The notes under the pieces were generated by a model. The model had not been told where the DNA came from, did not search any database, and worked only from the letters and a program-made list of their open reading frames with translations. A stretch of DNA of 64,000 nucleotides. Source: Alkalispirochaeta sp. GTDB taxonomy: Bacteria; Spirochaetota; Spirochaetia; DSM-27196; Alkalispirochaetaceae. Positions 19,659-29,098 of this stretch are shown here, one piece after another; position 1 is the stretch's first letter, and each line of letters opens with the position of its first letter. The stretch covers positions 1,792,001 to 1,856,000 of the forward strand of contig OZ271854.1 of assembly GCA_965601925.1 (NCBI GenBank), written 5' to 3'. A program made the position numbers and the translations under genes.

Positions 19659-20807
19659 CTATTCGACGTACTGTTTCACCATCTGCCGCATCGGCGCGAG
19701 TTGGGCGTTGCGGCGCTCGCGTTTGAGAAACCGACGATAGACCGTACATGCACGGTAGTATGCGTCGGGGCCGCGATAGGTCGAGCTCAGATCGCACCGG
19801 TAGAGCTCCAACAGAAGCGGAAAGAGGTTGGAGCCCATAATCGGACCGGTCAGAGAATCGGGGAGGCGCTCCAGTTCACCGGGAATCATGTGGTAGCGCA
19901 CGAGCCATCGCGCGCCTTCGGTGATCTCTTTATCGAACTGGAGGCGGCGGAGTATGCGTGTCGCCACATCCGCACCGATATCGGCGTGCCGATTGAAGCG
20001 TCGGGGGCCTTCGGACGTCGCATACGGTTTGCCGCAGTCGTGGAGGAGCAGGCCGAGCCCGATGAGTAGATCCGTCGTCTTACGATAACGAAACGTCTCG
20101 AGGCTATGGCGCCAGACGTTACCCTCCGGATGTCCCTCTTTGCTGTGCTCGGTACGATTCATCGGCGCGAGTTCCGGGAGGATATCGTCTATGTAGCCCT
20201 CTCGATAGAGGAGTTCCAGCGCACGCCAGGCGAACTTCCCCGTAATGATCGAGGTCATGAGCAGACGGTGCCATATCGCCGGCAGGCCCGCGTCGCCGTG
20301 CCAGGTGGGGCGGTCGGCCGGCGCTTCCGTCGGCGCGATCGGAAAGCGAGCGGTGATCATTGCAGCTTCCGCCGTGCCGAGCCCGTCAATTCGCACCGGA
20401 TCGATGTCGGCCGCCTCCGGTGCGTTCCCCCGTTTGTCGCGTCGGGAGCGGGAGCGCGCCTCCTTGAGGAGCGGATACAACCCGTCGGGGTCGGCAAAGG
20501 CGCGACGTATCGGATCCCACGAGAAGCGGAGGAGCGGGTGATCCGCGGTGCTCTCTCGGTGGTATGCCGTCTCCGCGGCCTCTACGGTCCGAAGGAGTAC
20601 CTCTCGACCCTCGATGCGTACCAATGCGTCCCATCCCGGCATACCGGGAAATTGCAGCGTGTCAAACGTTGAGGCGAGCTCGACGATCTCCAAATGGGTT
20701 TCTGCCGTCACGATCGGCCCGGCGGCCATCCCGAAGAACGTCTCCAACGCCGAGATACCCACCAAGCGATAATCGATTCCACGGGCGTCCAGCTCCGGGA
20801 TTCTCAT
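19659..20807 (-). CDS. HD-domain protein with degenerate polyA-polymerase/CCA-enzyme-like head
   Basis: 'ILPEL...HPEGNVWRHSL', 'LLHDCGKP', 'FNRHA', 'VRYHM'. Confidence 0.75.
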   Translation of the reverse strand: MRIPELDARGIDYRLVGISALETFFGMAAGPIVTAETHLEIVELASTFDTLQFPGMPGWDALVRIEGREVLLRTVEAAETAYHRESTADHPLLRFSWDPIRRAFADPDGLYPLLKEARSRSRRDKRGNAPEAADIDPVRIDGLGTAEAAMITARFPIAPTEAPADRPTWHGDAGLPAIWHRLLMTSIITGKFAWRALELLYREGYIDDILPELAPMNRTEHSKEGHPEGNVWRHSLETFRYRKTTDLLIGLGLLLHDCGKPYATSEGPRRFNRHADIGADVATRILRRLQFDKEITEGARWLVRYHMIPGELERLPDSLTGPIMGSNLFPLLLELYRCDLSSTYRGPDAYYRACTVYRRFLKRERRNAQLAPMRQMVKQYVE

Positions 20808-20839
20808 GGTGATTCAAACAATATCGCGTCCGACTCGAC

Positions 20840-22618
20840 TCAGTCCAGTTTTGCGACTAGATCGGGGAGATCGAGCGCCGCGAGCGTACGTTTGATCGAC
20901 GAGACGGTTTCTCGGACAAAGTGGTCGTCGTCGATCTCGGGATGCGTTTGTCGATAGTCGGGAATAATGCTGTCTCCGCGTGTGATATCGCGCTCCCGGG
21001 ACGACCGAACCCCGTCAAGAAGCGTAACGAGAAGGCTCCCGTAATCGTTTCGTTCCTTCTCGGTGAGGTCGTCGGGGCGAGATCTGCGATAACATCCCAA
21101 ACGGACGTACTCGTCGTACGCTTTAATCGCCTCTCTGCGGTCGCGCTCCCGGAGTACATTGGCACCCAATCCGTCGATGTCGCCCGGTAGATACACATCC
21201 TGTGCTCCGCGCTCCTCGATCGCGACGAGGCGCCGACGCCCGTCCTCCATCATCGTCATAATGTCGGGGCGAAAGATGTCGAAATCAAAATCGCTTCGTC
21301 GCGCTTTGTTGCGGCGACGGAACTTGGCTTCGTTGCGCATGAGGGCGTAAACGTTTTTGCGAAGCATCCACGCCGGAATCAGCAGGTTGAGTCCCTCCGG
21401 CACCTCGTCGAGATCGGTGATCTGGGTGATCAACGAAAAGGGAAACGCCAAACGTTGGGGGGCCGTTATCACGCCGGTGGCGATGACCGAGTAGGGCGAC
21501 TGGGAAAAGTTCGCGGGAAACTTAACCGAACAGTCCAGGCCGAAGAACATGCCCTCTCCCGGCCACGCTTCCTGATCCGGCGCCCTGCTGGTGTGGTTGC
21601 TCCCGACATTTGCTCCGTAGCCGATGTTGCCGCGACCTTCGGGCCAGAAGAGCGCAATCATCAGCGACTGGTGATGGGCGGCGACGAACGGTCCGACGAA
21701 GCTTGCGGTAACCTCTCCCTCGCCGATCGACGTATTAGCGGCAATGATCGACTCGGCGATCTGCCCGTGTCGTTCGCAGTGGCTGTGTTCCAACAGCACA
21801 CTTCGTCGTACCATCGCCTGGCTCTCGACGCTCGACCCCCACTGCAGAATCGAGTCGACGACGTGCGCGCCCCCGGCGACGACGATCGGCTCCTCGTGGC
21901 CCGAGAGAAGCGTTGAGCCGCGCACCAACGCGTTGTCGGTGACCGACGAGCCGGCCCCGACCCACGAGGCGACGATAATGGACGAATCGAGCGTGCATCC
22001 GGGGCCGACGTACGTCCATGGAAGGTCGGCTCTCCGGCGATACTCTGCAACGATATCTCGATACTCCGTTGCCGGTTCCCCGCCGACGCTCCGCCGCAGG
22101 ACGAGCTGTGCCAGGTCGTGGTCGAGGTCGGCGAAGACTTCGATTTCTCGTCCGCCGGTCTCGATACCGACCGATAGCTCGAGTCCGTTGGCGTACGCCG
22201 GTGCGGCGGCGTCCATCCTGCCGGCGGTTCGAACGGCAACCGCCTGCACGGAGTGGTCCAGAATCGTTGAGTCCACCAGTGGGCAGCGATAGACCGCGCA
22301 GTCGTCGCCTACAACCGAGTCCTTGATAGTAGAGTGATACACGCCCGTCGGAGTATCGGCCGCGGCGCGAAAGCTTCCCAGTACGCAACGACCGATAAAG
22401 TGGTTCCCGACGACGCCTTGAGAGGTGAAATCGTGCGCCACGAGAACGACGGACCAGTCGGAGCAGACGTTTCCCGTCGCCTCTAAACGGACTATCTCAT
22501 CGGAACGAAGGGGGCGCAGGGCGTTCGCGAGATGACGGGGCAACCCGTCCGAGGCGCCGAGGAAGCGCACGGACTGTATGAACTCGCTCTTGTCGAGGTC
22601 CGGCAGCTGGAAATCCAC
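20840..22618 (-). CDS. DUF4954-like left-handed beta-helix protein
   Basis: 'LEATGNVCSDWS.V', hexapeptide-like beta repeats, 'GPFVAAHHQSLMIA', 'NVGSNHTSR'. Confidence 0.65.
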   Translation of the reverse strand: MDFQLPDLDKSEFIQSVRFLGASDGLPRHLANALRPLRSDEIVRLEATGNVCSDWSVVLVAHDFTSQGVVGNHFIGRCVLGSFRAAADTPTGVYHSTIKDSVVGDDCAVYRCPLVDSTILDHSVQAVAVRTAGRMDAAAPAYANGLELSVGIETGGREIEVFADLDHDLAQLVLRRSVGGEPATEYRDIVAEYRRRADLPWTYVGPGCTLDSSIIVASWVGAGSSVTDNALVRGSTLLSGHEEPIVVAGGAHVVDSILQWGSSVESQAMVRRSVLLEHSHCERHGQIAESIIAANTSIGEGEVTASFVGPFVAAHHQSLMIALFWPEGRGNIGYGANVGSNHTSRAPDQEAWPGEGMFFGLDCSVKFPANFSQSPYSVIATGVITAPQRLAFPFSLITQITDLDEVPEGLNLLIPAWMLRKNVYALMRNEAKFRRRNKARRSDFDFDIFRPDIMTMMEDGRRRLVAIEERGAQDVYLPGDIDGLGANVLRERDRREAIKAYDEYVRLGCYRRSRPDDLTEKERNDYGSLLVTLLDGVRSSRERDITRGDSIIPDYRQTHPEIDDDHFVRETVSSIKRTLAALDLPDLVAKLD

Positions 22619-22632
22619 GCCGTCGATGGTAC

Positions 22633-23916
22633 ATGATGGGGCCCATGTTGCGGAAGCTGAATCGCGAAGAGCGTAGCTGGGTCGCCTACGATTGGGCCGC
22701 GTCGGCGTATTCGATCGTCATTACCACCGCTATTTTTCCCATTTTTTATCAGAGCATTACCCCCGAGCGGATCTATCTCAGTACGTGGGGATACGCCAAC
22801 AGTCTTGCCAGCCTTTTTGTGGCGGTGCTTGCGCCGATTTTGGGGACGATCGCCGACTATTGGGGGAGGAAGAGACGATTCTTTCTTCTCTTTTTTACAC
22901 TCGGTGTGGTTACGACACTCAGCTTCGTGCTTACCGGAGAGGGTCAGTGGTTGTTGGCCCTGGTGTTGTACATCGGTTCACTCATCGGTTTTTCCGGTGC
23001 CAATCTCTTCTACGATAGTTTCCTGGTAGACGTCACCACCGAAGAGCGTATGGACCGCATTAGCACCATGGGGTTCGGTTTCGGATACATCGGAAGCACT
23101 ATCCCCTTCGTTGCCGGTATCGTCTTGATCACCGCTGCCGAGCGTATCGGCATTTCGACGATGGCGGCGACGCGTCTCGCCTTCCTCATCACCGGTTTGT
23201 GGTGGTTGATATTCGGGATACCGATCATCCGCAATGTACGTCAGAAATACGGCATCGAGCCTCACCCCCAACCGATTCGCGATAGCTTTGCACGTTTGGG
23301 GCGTACTCTGTCGCATATTCGCAGTTATCGTTCGGTCTTCATCTTTCTCGTCGCGTATTTTTTCTATATCGACGGCGTGGACACTATTATTCGTATGGCG
23401 ACGCCCATCGCGCTCTCCATGGGGATAGATTCCAATACGTTGCTCGTTATTCTCCTTGTGATTCAGATCGTCGCCTTTCCCTGCGCGATTTTGTACGGGC
23501 GTCTCGCCGCGCGCTTCAGCGCGTGGAAGATGCTCTTTGTCGGTATCGGTGTGTACGTGGGCGTCGTACTGGTCGCCTTTTTTCTCCCCTCAGTAGCCGA
23601 TATGGGAAGGCGAACCGTACTCTTCTGGGTGCTGAGTCTCATGGTAGCTTCCAGTCAGGGCGGTATCCAAGCGCTCAGTCGATCGATATACGGAAAGCTG
23701 ATTCCCAAAGAGCGCAGCGCCGAGTTTTTCGGGTTTTACAACATTTTCGGACGTTTTGCCGCCATCATGGGACCGTTTCTCGTCGCCTCGGTTACTCAGA
23801 TTACCGGGCAAGAGCGCTTCGGAATCTTGAGCATTCTCATCGTTTTCATCGTGGGCGGCGTCACATTGGCGCTTGGAGGCAACCCCGATTCGTTGGTCGA
23901 TTCCAACGAGGCGTAG
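22633..23916 (+). CDS. MFS transporter, UMF1/ATG22 family
   Basis: 'WVAYDWA', 'FYDSFL', 'GYIGS', 'QALSRS...AEFFGFY'; about 12 TM. Confidence 0.9.
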   Translation: MMGPMLRKLNREERSWVAYDWAASAYSIVITTAIFPIFYQSITPERIYLSTWGYANSLASLFVAVLAPILGTIADYWGRKRRFFLLFFTLGVVTTLSFVLTGEGQWLLALVLYIGSLIGFSGANLFYDSFLVDVTTEERMDRISTMGFGFGYIGSTIPFVAGIVLITAAERIGISTMAATRLAFLITGLWWLIFGIPIIRNVRQKYGIEPHPQPIRDSFARLGRTLSHIRSYRSVFIFLVAYFFYIDGVDTIIRMATPIALSMGIDSNTLLVILLVIQIVAFPCAILYGRLAARFSAWKMLFVGIGVYVGVVLVAFFLPSVADMGRRTVLFWVLSLMVASSQGGIQALSRSIYGKLIPKERSAEFFGFYNIFGRFAAIMGPFLVASVTQITGQERFGILSILIVFIVGGVTLALGGNPDSLVDSNEA

Positions 23917-23932
23917 CGCGCCGCGCGGGCAC

Positions 23933-23959
23933 AAAAAAAGGGCGGGATCGCTCCCGCCC
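23933..23959 (-). terminator. Rho-independent terminator of the BI-1/YccA gene
   Basis: Minus strand reads GGGCGGGA-GCGA-TCCCGCCC followed by T7. Confidence 0.85.
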
Positions 23960-23980
23960 CACGGTCGTCCGCGTGTGTGA

Positions 23981-24688
23981 CTATCGGCGGTTTCCCAGAA
24001 ATCGAAGCATGAAGAGAAACAGATTGACGAAATCGAGATAGAGCTTGAGGGCTCCCATGATCGAGACGCGCACGAAGTCCGCCTCGTCTACCGAATCGCT
24101 CATCTCGTTCGACCACCGCTTGATAATCTGCGTGTCGTACGCCGTAAGTCCCATAAAGAGAAACACGCCGATAAACGAGATGACGTAATCGATCGTCTGG
24201 CTTCCGATGAACATGTTAACGACCGACGCGATGATGATACCGATGAGGCCGGCAAAGAGATACTGTCCCATGCCGCCGAGCTCGCGCTTCGTGACGATCG
24301 CGTACAGACTCAACGCACCGAAGGTCGATGCGGTGACGAAGAAGGTCATCGCGATGCTTACGCCGGTGTACAGTGCAAAAATCACCGACAGCGTGACACC
24401 GTTGAGCACCGAGTAGCCGGCGAACGCAAGGGTCGCCGTAGTCGGACTCATGGTGCGGATGCGCGCCGAGATGATCCACACCAGCGCGAGCTCACCGATG
24501 ATAAGGCCCATAAAAAGGCCTCGATTTCCGACGATGGCGCGAAAAATCTGCGCGTTGCCGGCGACGTACATCGCTACGACGCCGGTAATCGCCAGCCCTA
24601 AAGCCATCCAAAGATAGACGTTGCGTAGAATGCTGCGCTGTCGTGCGAGGGCGCCGTATAGCGTTTGCGCTTGTTCTTGATATGGCAT
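23981..24688 (-). CDS. Bax inhibitor-1/YccA family membrane protein
   Basis: 'RNVYLWMALGL', 'LTAYDTQ', 'ALKLYLDFVNLF'. GGAGG RBS. Confidence 0.92.
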   Translation of the reverse strand: MPYQEQAQTLYGALARQRSILRNVYLWMALGLAITGVVAMYVAGNAQIFRAIVGNRGLFMGLIIGELALVWIISARIRTMSPTTATLAFAGYSVLNGVTLSVIFALYTGVSIAMTFFVTASTFGALSLYAIVTKRELGGMGQYLFAGLIGIIIASVVNMFIGSQTIDYVISFIGVFLFMGLTAYDTQIIKRWSNEMSDSVDEADFVRVSIMGALKLYLDFVNLFLFMLRFLGNRR

Positions 24689-24859
24689 TGTTATTCCTCC
24701 GTGCCCGGAGTCGATTTGATGTCGCGGACACTCCGCACCCGTCCTCTGCGCGGCGCTGAGAGTCCCTTACCCCGGACTGGTACAAACTACCACCAGGCAC
24801 ACAAAAGTCAAGTACAAGAATAAAGATTTATCCGCACGAATGGGAGAGGGCCCCGCGCA

Positions 24860-26143
24860 TCAACTCGCACGTCCGGTGTGTTGCAGAGCCTCGATCCGAG
24901 ACGTCGCCTCGCGTACCGTCATCTCGTCGTGAAGGGCCGTGATCACAAACCAGGGGCCGCCGCCGAACTGCGACCGATCGAAGCCGTAGAAGTAGCCGGG
25001 ATGCAGATAGATCCCGGAACGCTCGACCAACGCAACTGCGATGCGTTCGTCGTCCATCGTGCCGAAGATGCGCGACGCGTATACCGGATCGAGCCGTACG
25101 GGAACATGGATGCCGCTATCGGTCCCGGGTACCTCCCACCCGTCGACGGCCGCGAGGTGTCGTATCGCGTACGACCGACGCGCGTTTATCATGTCGCGAA
25201 ACTCGCGTCGACGGCGATACGCGCGCGGGTCGGTGAGAAACGGTGCCGCGGCGGCTTCGGCAAAGCCGGAAAGGGTGAGGTAGTCGTCGTGGCGTGTATC
25301 CAATTGGTCTACCAGTTCCGCGCGACGCGCTCGCGTGCCTCCACGCACCGCAATCCAGGCGAGCTTCACCTCCGGCGCGGCACACAGTTTCGACACACCG
25401 TTGAGGTGCACCGTTGGGTGTTCGCCGCGGCCCTGCGGGCCTCGGGGGACCGAGGTCGAGACGTCGGCGCGCCGCACGACCGAACTCGGCAGGTCGCCGC
25501 TGCGGTACAGACTGAACACCTCGTCGAAGAGCACCGGCACATCCGCGTCGGAGCAGATATCGAGAATGTCGGCTATGACGTGGGCCGGATAGGTCACTCC
25601 CGCCGGATTGTTGGGGCTTATCATCACCAGTGCGGCGAGCGGCCGGGGCGGCCGGACTAAGCGTTCGATCTCCCGCGGATCGGGGAGAAAATCGTGTTGT
25701 GGAGTGCAGTAATACCACGCGGGCCGCACGCCTACGGCGTTCAATAGACCGTCAAACAACGGATAGCCGGGCACCGGTAGCGCAACGGCCGGCGCGTCTT
25801 CCGCTTCGTACGTCATCCGTGCACGCGCGCGGTCGCGAAAGAGCGAGAAGAGAAGATGATAGGAGACGCTGGAACCGGCGGTCAGTACCACCTCGTCGGC
25901 GTCGATCGGCGCGCTGTCCTCGGACAGGAACGCGGCTACCGCCCGGCGCGCATCCGGCGAGCCGCGCCCGGTCGGGCGATACTCGGGTTTCGCGCGCCAC
26001 GCCTTCCACGCCGCGCCGTACAGCTTAGCGGGCCACGCGAGCCCGGCGTGGGCGAAATCGGAATCGACGAGGTTGATGAGGTCGCCGGCGGCCTCGCGTA
26101 CGAGTCGAGCACGTTCCAACGGGTTGACGGTATGAAGATCCAT
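24860..26143 (-). CDS. Class I/II PLP-dependent aminotransferase
   Basis: 'ISPNNPAG', 'FDEVF', 'NGVSK' PLP lysine, 'HPGYFY'. Confidence 0.85.
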   Translation of the reverse strand: MDLHTVNPLERARLVREAAGDLINLVDSDFAHAGLAWPAKLYGAAWKAWRAKPEYRPTGRGSPDARRAVAAFLSEDSAPIDADEVVLTAGSSVSYHLLFSLFRDRARARMTYEAEDAPAVALPVPGYPLFDGLLNAVGVRPAWYYCTPQHDFLPDPREIERLVRPPRPLAALVMISPNNPAGVTYPAHVIADILDICSDADVPVLFDEVFSLYRSGDLPSSVVRRADVSTSVPRGPQGRGEHPTVHLNGVSKLCAAPEVKLAWIAVRGGTRARRAELVDQLDTRHDDYLTLSGFAEAAAAPFLTDPRAYRRRREFRDMINARRSYAIRHLAAVDGWEVPGTDSGIHVPVRLDPVYASRIFGTMDDERIAVALVERSGIYLHPGYFYGFDRSQFGGGPWFVITALHDEMTVREATSRIEALQHTGRAS

Positions 26144-26202
26144 ACGATTGCCGATTGTGGCCCACCGGCCGACCGTTTACAATACCGCGAGAAGAGGCGC
26201 AC

Positions 26203-27714
26203 ATGGACGGAACGATTGCCGTTTTCGACGCAGGAAAGACCAACAAGAAGCTCACGATTTTCGATGCACAGTTACGCAGCGTGGATAAACGATATCGCTC
26301 CTTCGAGAGCCGTATGGTCGACGGGATCGAGTTGGAGCCGATTGAGGAGATACGCGAGTGGCTTCTCGATAATCTAGCCGATCTGGGGCGCACGCACCGA
26401 ATCGAGGCGGTCGGTATTACGACCCACGGCGCGGGCGTCGTTACCATAGACGAAGACGGAGCTATCGCCTGTCCGGTCGTCTCATATACGCATATCCCGC
26501 CGGAAGATATACACGATTCGTTTTTCGCCGCCGTCGGCGATCGCGACGAGTTGCAGCGCAGTACCGCGACGATCGAGCTCAAACCGCTCGTCAATCCGGC
26601 GAAATTGCTTTTTTTCACCAAGGAGACGTGGCCGCGAGAGTTCGCGCGCATTCGACACGTGCTCTTTTTTCCGCAGTATTTTGCGTGGGTTCTCACCGGG
26701 AAGGTGAGCGCGGACTATACCTACATCGGATGCCATTCGTATCTGTGGGATTTCCGTGAATGGAGTTGGTCGGGCGTCGCCCGTGCGCTCGGTATTCGAC
26801 CCCTGGTCGCCGAGGAACCTAGACGATCGTGGGAGTCGGTCGGTACCGTCCAATCCTCGGTCGCGCGCAGGACCGGCCTGTCTCCCGAAACGCCGGTGAC
26901 GGTGGGGATTCACGACAGCAATGCGTCGCTTCTCCCGTATCTACTAAAGAAAAAGCGCGAGAACTTCGTACTCAACAGCACCGGAACGTGGTGTGTCGCG
27001 ATGAATCCCGGACCGCTCGGCGAAGGAATGGTCGCCGAGTTCGAGGCGGACGAGATCGGGAAGTCGGTCTTTTTCAACATTTCGGCCTTCGGACGACCGG
27101 TGAAGACGACGATCCTTATGGGAGGACTGGAGTTCGGGACCTACACCGACATTCTGAAAGACATTCACAAGACCGATGTACTTCCGGACTTCAATAAGAG
27201 CCTCTATCAACGGATTATCGACAGGCGGCGACACTTCATCGTGCCCGGTGTAGTACCCGGAACCGGCCAGTTCCCCGACTCACGAGCCAGGGTTGTAGAC
27301 GGGGAGCGCGAGTACGATCTTGAGGCGATACGGTCCGGCGAGGTCGTTCCGGCCCTGTTTCAAGACTTTCCGGTGTCCTATGCCGTACTCAACCTCTCCA
27401 TTGCGCTCCAGAGCAAGGTGGCGCTCCAGCGGGTCGGACTCAAGCCGGGTATGTCCATCTTCGTCGAGGGGGGATTCCGACACAATCTGGACTACAATCT
27501 TCTCCTCGCCGCTTTTTTCCCCGACAACCCGGTCTTTCTCACCGGGATAGAGGAGGCGACCTCATTCGGGACCGCTCTGACCGCCTGGGCCGCACGAGAT
27601 AATGGGGAGCCCGAGCGCTACGCATCGCTTTTCGAGATCGAGACCTTCCCCGTTCATCCCGAATCGTTTCTCGGGATCGCCGAATACGAGAAGGAGTTCT
27701 TTTCCCACATATGA
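26203..27714 (+). CDS. FGGY-family carbohydrate kinase (rhamnulo-/fuculokinase-like)
   Basis: 'FDAGKTNKK', 'TTHGA', 'GIHDSNA', 'STGTW', 'VEGGF'. Confidence 0.85.
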   Translation: MDGTIAVFDAGKTNKKLTIFDAQLRSVDKRYRSFESRMVDGIELEPIEEIREWLLDNLADLGRTHRIEAVGITTHGAGVVTIDEDGAIACPVVSYTHIPPEDIHDSFFAAVGDRDELQRSTATIELKPLVNPAKLLFFTKETWPREFARIRHVLFFPQYFAWVLTGKVSADYTYIGCHSYLWDFREWSWSGVARALGIRPLVAEEPRRSWESVGTVQSSVARRTGLSPETPVTVGIHDSNASLLPYLLKKKRENFVLNSTGTWCVAMNPGPLGEGMVAEFEADEIGKSVFFNISAFGRPVKTTILMGGLEFGTYTDILKDIHKTDVLPDFNKSLYQRIIDRRRHFIVPGVVPGTGQFPDSRARVVDGEREYDLEAIRSGEVVPALFQDFPVSYAVLNLSIALQSKVALQRVGLKPGMSIFVEGGFRHNLDYNLLLAAFFPDNPVFLTGIEEATSFGTALTAWAARDNGEPERYASLFEIETFPVHPESFLGIAEYEKEFFSHI

Positions 27715-28436
27715 TCATCATACCGGCAATCGATCTCATCGACGGACGGTGCGTCCGTCTCAGACAAGGTGCCTATTCCGATACAACGGTATACGACGAG
27801 GACCCCGTGTCGGTCGCTCAGCGCTTTGTCGACGAGGGGGCGGAGCGCATTCATCTCGTCGACCTCGACGCGGCGCGTGGAAGCGGAGACAATCGCGAGA
27901 CGATTCGGCGCATTCGTCACGCCGTCTCTTGCATCTTGGAGGTCGGCGGAGGCATTCGAGACCGCGCAAGTCTCGCCGCCGTCTTGGACTTGGACATCGA
28001 CTACGGCGTCGTGGGAACGGTCCTGGCGCGCGATCCCGATGAAGTCGCCTTGTGGGCCGGGGAGATCGGGTCCCGCATGATCGCCTCCGTCGATGCGAAG
28101 GACGGTATGGTGTTGGTCGCGGGATGGCGCGAGGGAACTTCGATCGCGGCGGTGGAGTTGGCTCGTCGCGCCGGCGAAATGGGGCTCGCCGCAGTTGAGT
28201 ACACCAATATCGCACGGGATGGTATGCTTACCGGCCCCGACATCGACGGGACGCTGGAGGTCGCCTCCCGGACCACCGTTCCGGTCATCCTCTCCGGCGG
28301 TATTTCGCGAACCGAGGACGCGAACACGGTCAGACTGCGGAGCGGCGGGAAAATCGCGGGAATCATCGTCGGCCGTTCCATCTACGAGGGGCATTTCGAT
28401 CTGCGCCGCGCGGTCGCCGACGGCGCGGCGAGCTGA
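27711..28436 (+). CDS. hisA: ProFAR isomerase
   Basis: 'IPAIDLIDGRCVRLRQG', 'HLVDLD', 'VGGGIR', 'RDGMLTG', 'SGG'. Confidence 0.95.
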   Translation: MIIIPAIDLIDGRCVRLRQGAYSDTTVYDEDPVSVAQRFVDEGAERIHLVDLDAARGSGDNRETIRRIRHAVSCILEVGGGIRDRASLAAVLDLDIDYGVVGTVLARDPDEVALWAGEIGSRMIASVDAKDGMVLVAGWREGTSIAAVELARRAGEMGLAAVEYTNIARDGMLTGPDIDGTLEVASRTTVPVILSGGISRTEDANTVRLRSGGKIAGIIVGRSIYEGHFDLRRAVADGAAS

Positions 28437-28454
28437 TCGGAGCGTCGGTATCGG

Positions 28455-29096
28455 ATGCCGGCACAGACATCAAGGATTGCAATGGAAACGACGGTACTGA
28501 TCGTACGCGACGCCGACGGCAACGTCCGTGACGTCGCGGCGTGCAATGAAAAGAGTCGGACGAAGAGTCTCGAGCGGGGCGAACTGTGGGTCGTGGTGCG
28601 CGACACCGGACGCGTCTTACCATTCCGAGGCGGCGGTGTGCGGTACGCACGGTTCGTGGAAGGCGACCATTGGTTCGAGGTAGAGCTGGCCGATACGGCC
28701 GCGGTAGACGACCCGACCACCGACGACGTATCGGAACGCTCCGCCCCGGAAAAGGGGGCGACGTCGGACCGAAACGGCACCGTACCGCGACCGGAGCGCG
28801 GCGCCGCAGATTCCGCCGACGATACGGTACTGGAACGGCTGGGCGATCTTATCGCGGAACGTCACCGAACGATGCCTGAGGGTTCCTACACCACGCACCT
28901 TTTCTCCAAGGGGCGCGACAAGATTCGAAAAAAAGTCGGCGAGGAGGCGGTCGAGGTGATTCTTGCCGCCACGAGCGAAGAGCTGCGCTCCGAGGCCGCC
29001 GATCTGGTCTATCACCTGATGGTGCTCTTGGAGGCGGAGGGAATGCGATTCGAGCGGGTTATCGAAGAGCTTGCCCGCCGTCACCGCGAGGAGTAG
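28455..29096 (+). CDS. hisE: Phosphoribosyl-ATP diphosphatase with degenerate HisI-like N-terminus
   Basis: 'GSYTTHLF...KKVGEEAVE...EAADLVYHL'. The N-terminal part lacks the HisI Cys motifs. Confidence 0.85.
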   Translation: MPAQTSRIAMETTVLIVRDADGNVRDVAACNEKSRTKSLERGELWVVVRDTGRVLPFRGGGVRYARFVEGDHWFEVELADTAAVDDPTTDDVSERSAPEKGATSDRNGTVPRPERGAADSADDTVLERLGDLIAERHRTMPEGSYTTHLFSKGRDKIRKKVGEEAVEVILAATSEELRSEAADLVYHLMVLLEAEGMRFERVIEELARRHREE

Positions 29097-29098
29097 CG

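Noticed and set aside
24700..24790. yybP-ykoY or fluoride riboswitch in the yccA leader
   Set aside because: Conserved core nucleotides of neither class could be matched; kept only as an unassigned structured leader.
24829..24837. Isolated DnaA-box-like TTATCCGCA
   Set aside because: A single one-mismatch copy, expected by chance.
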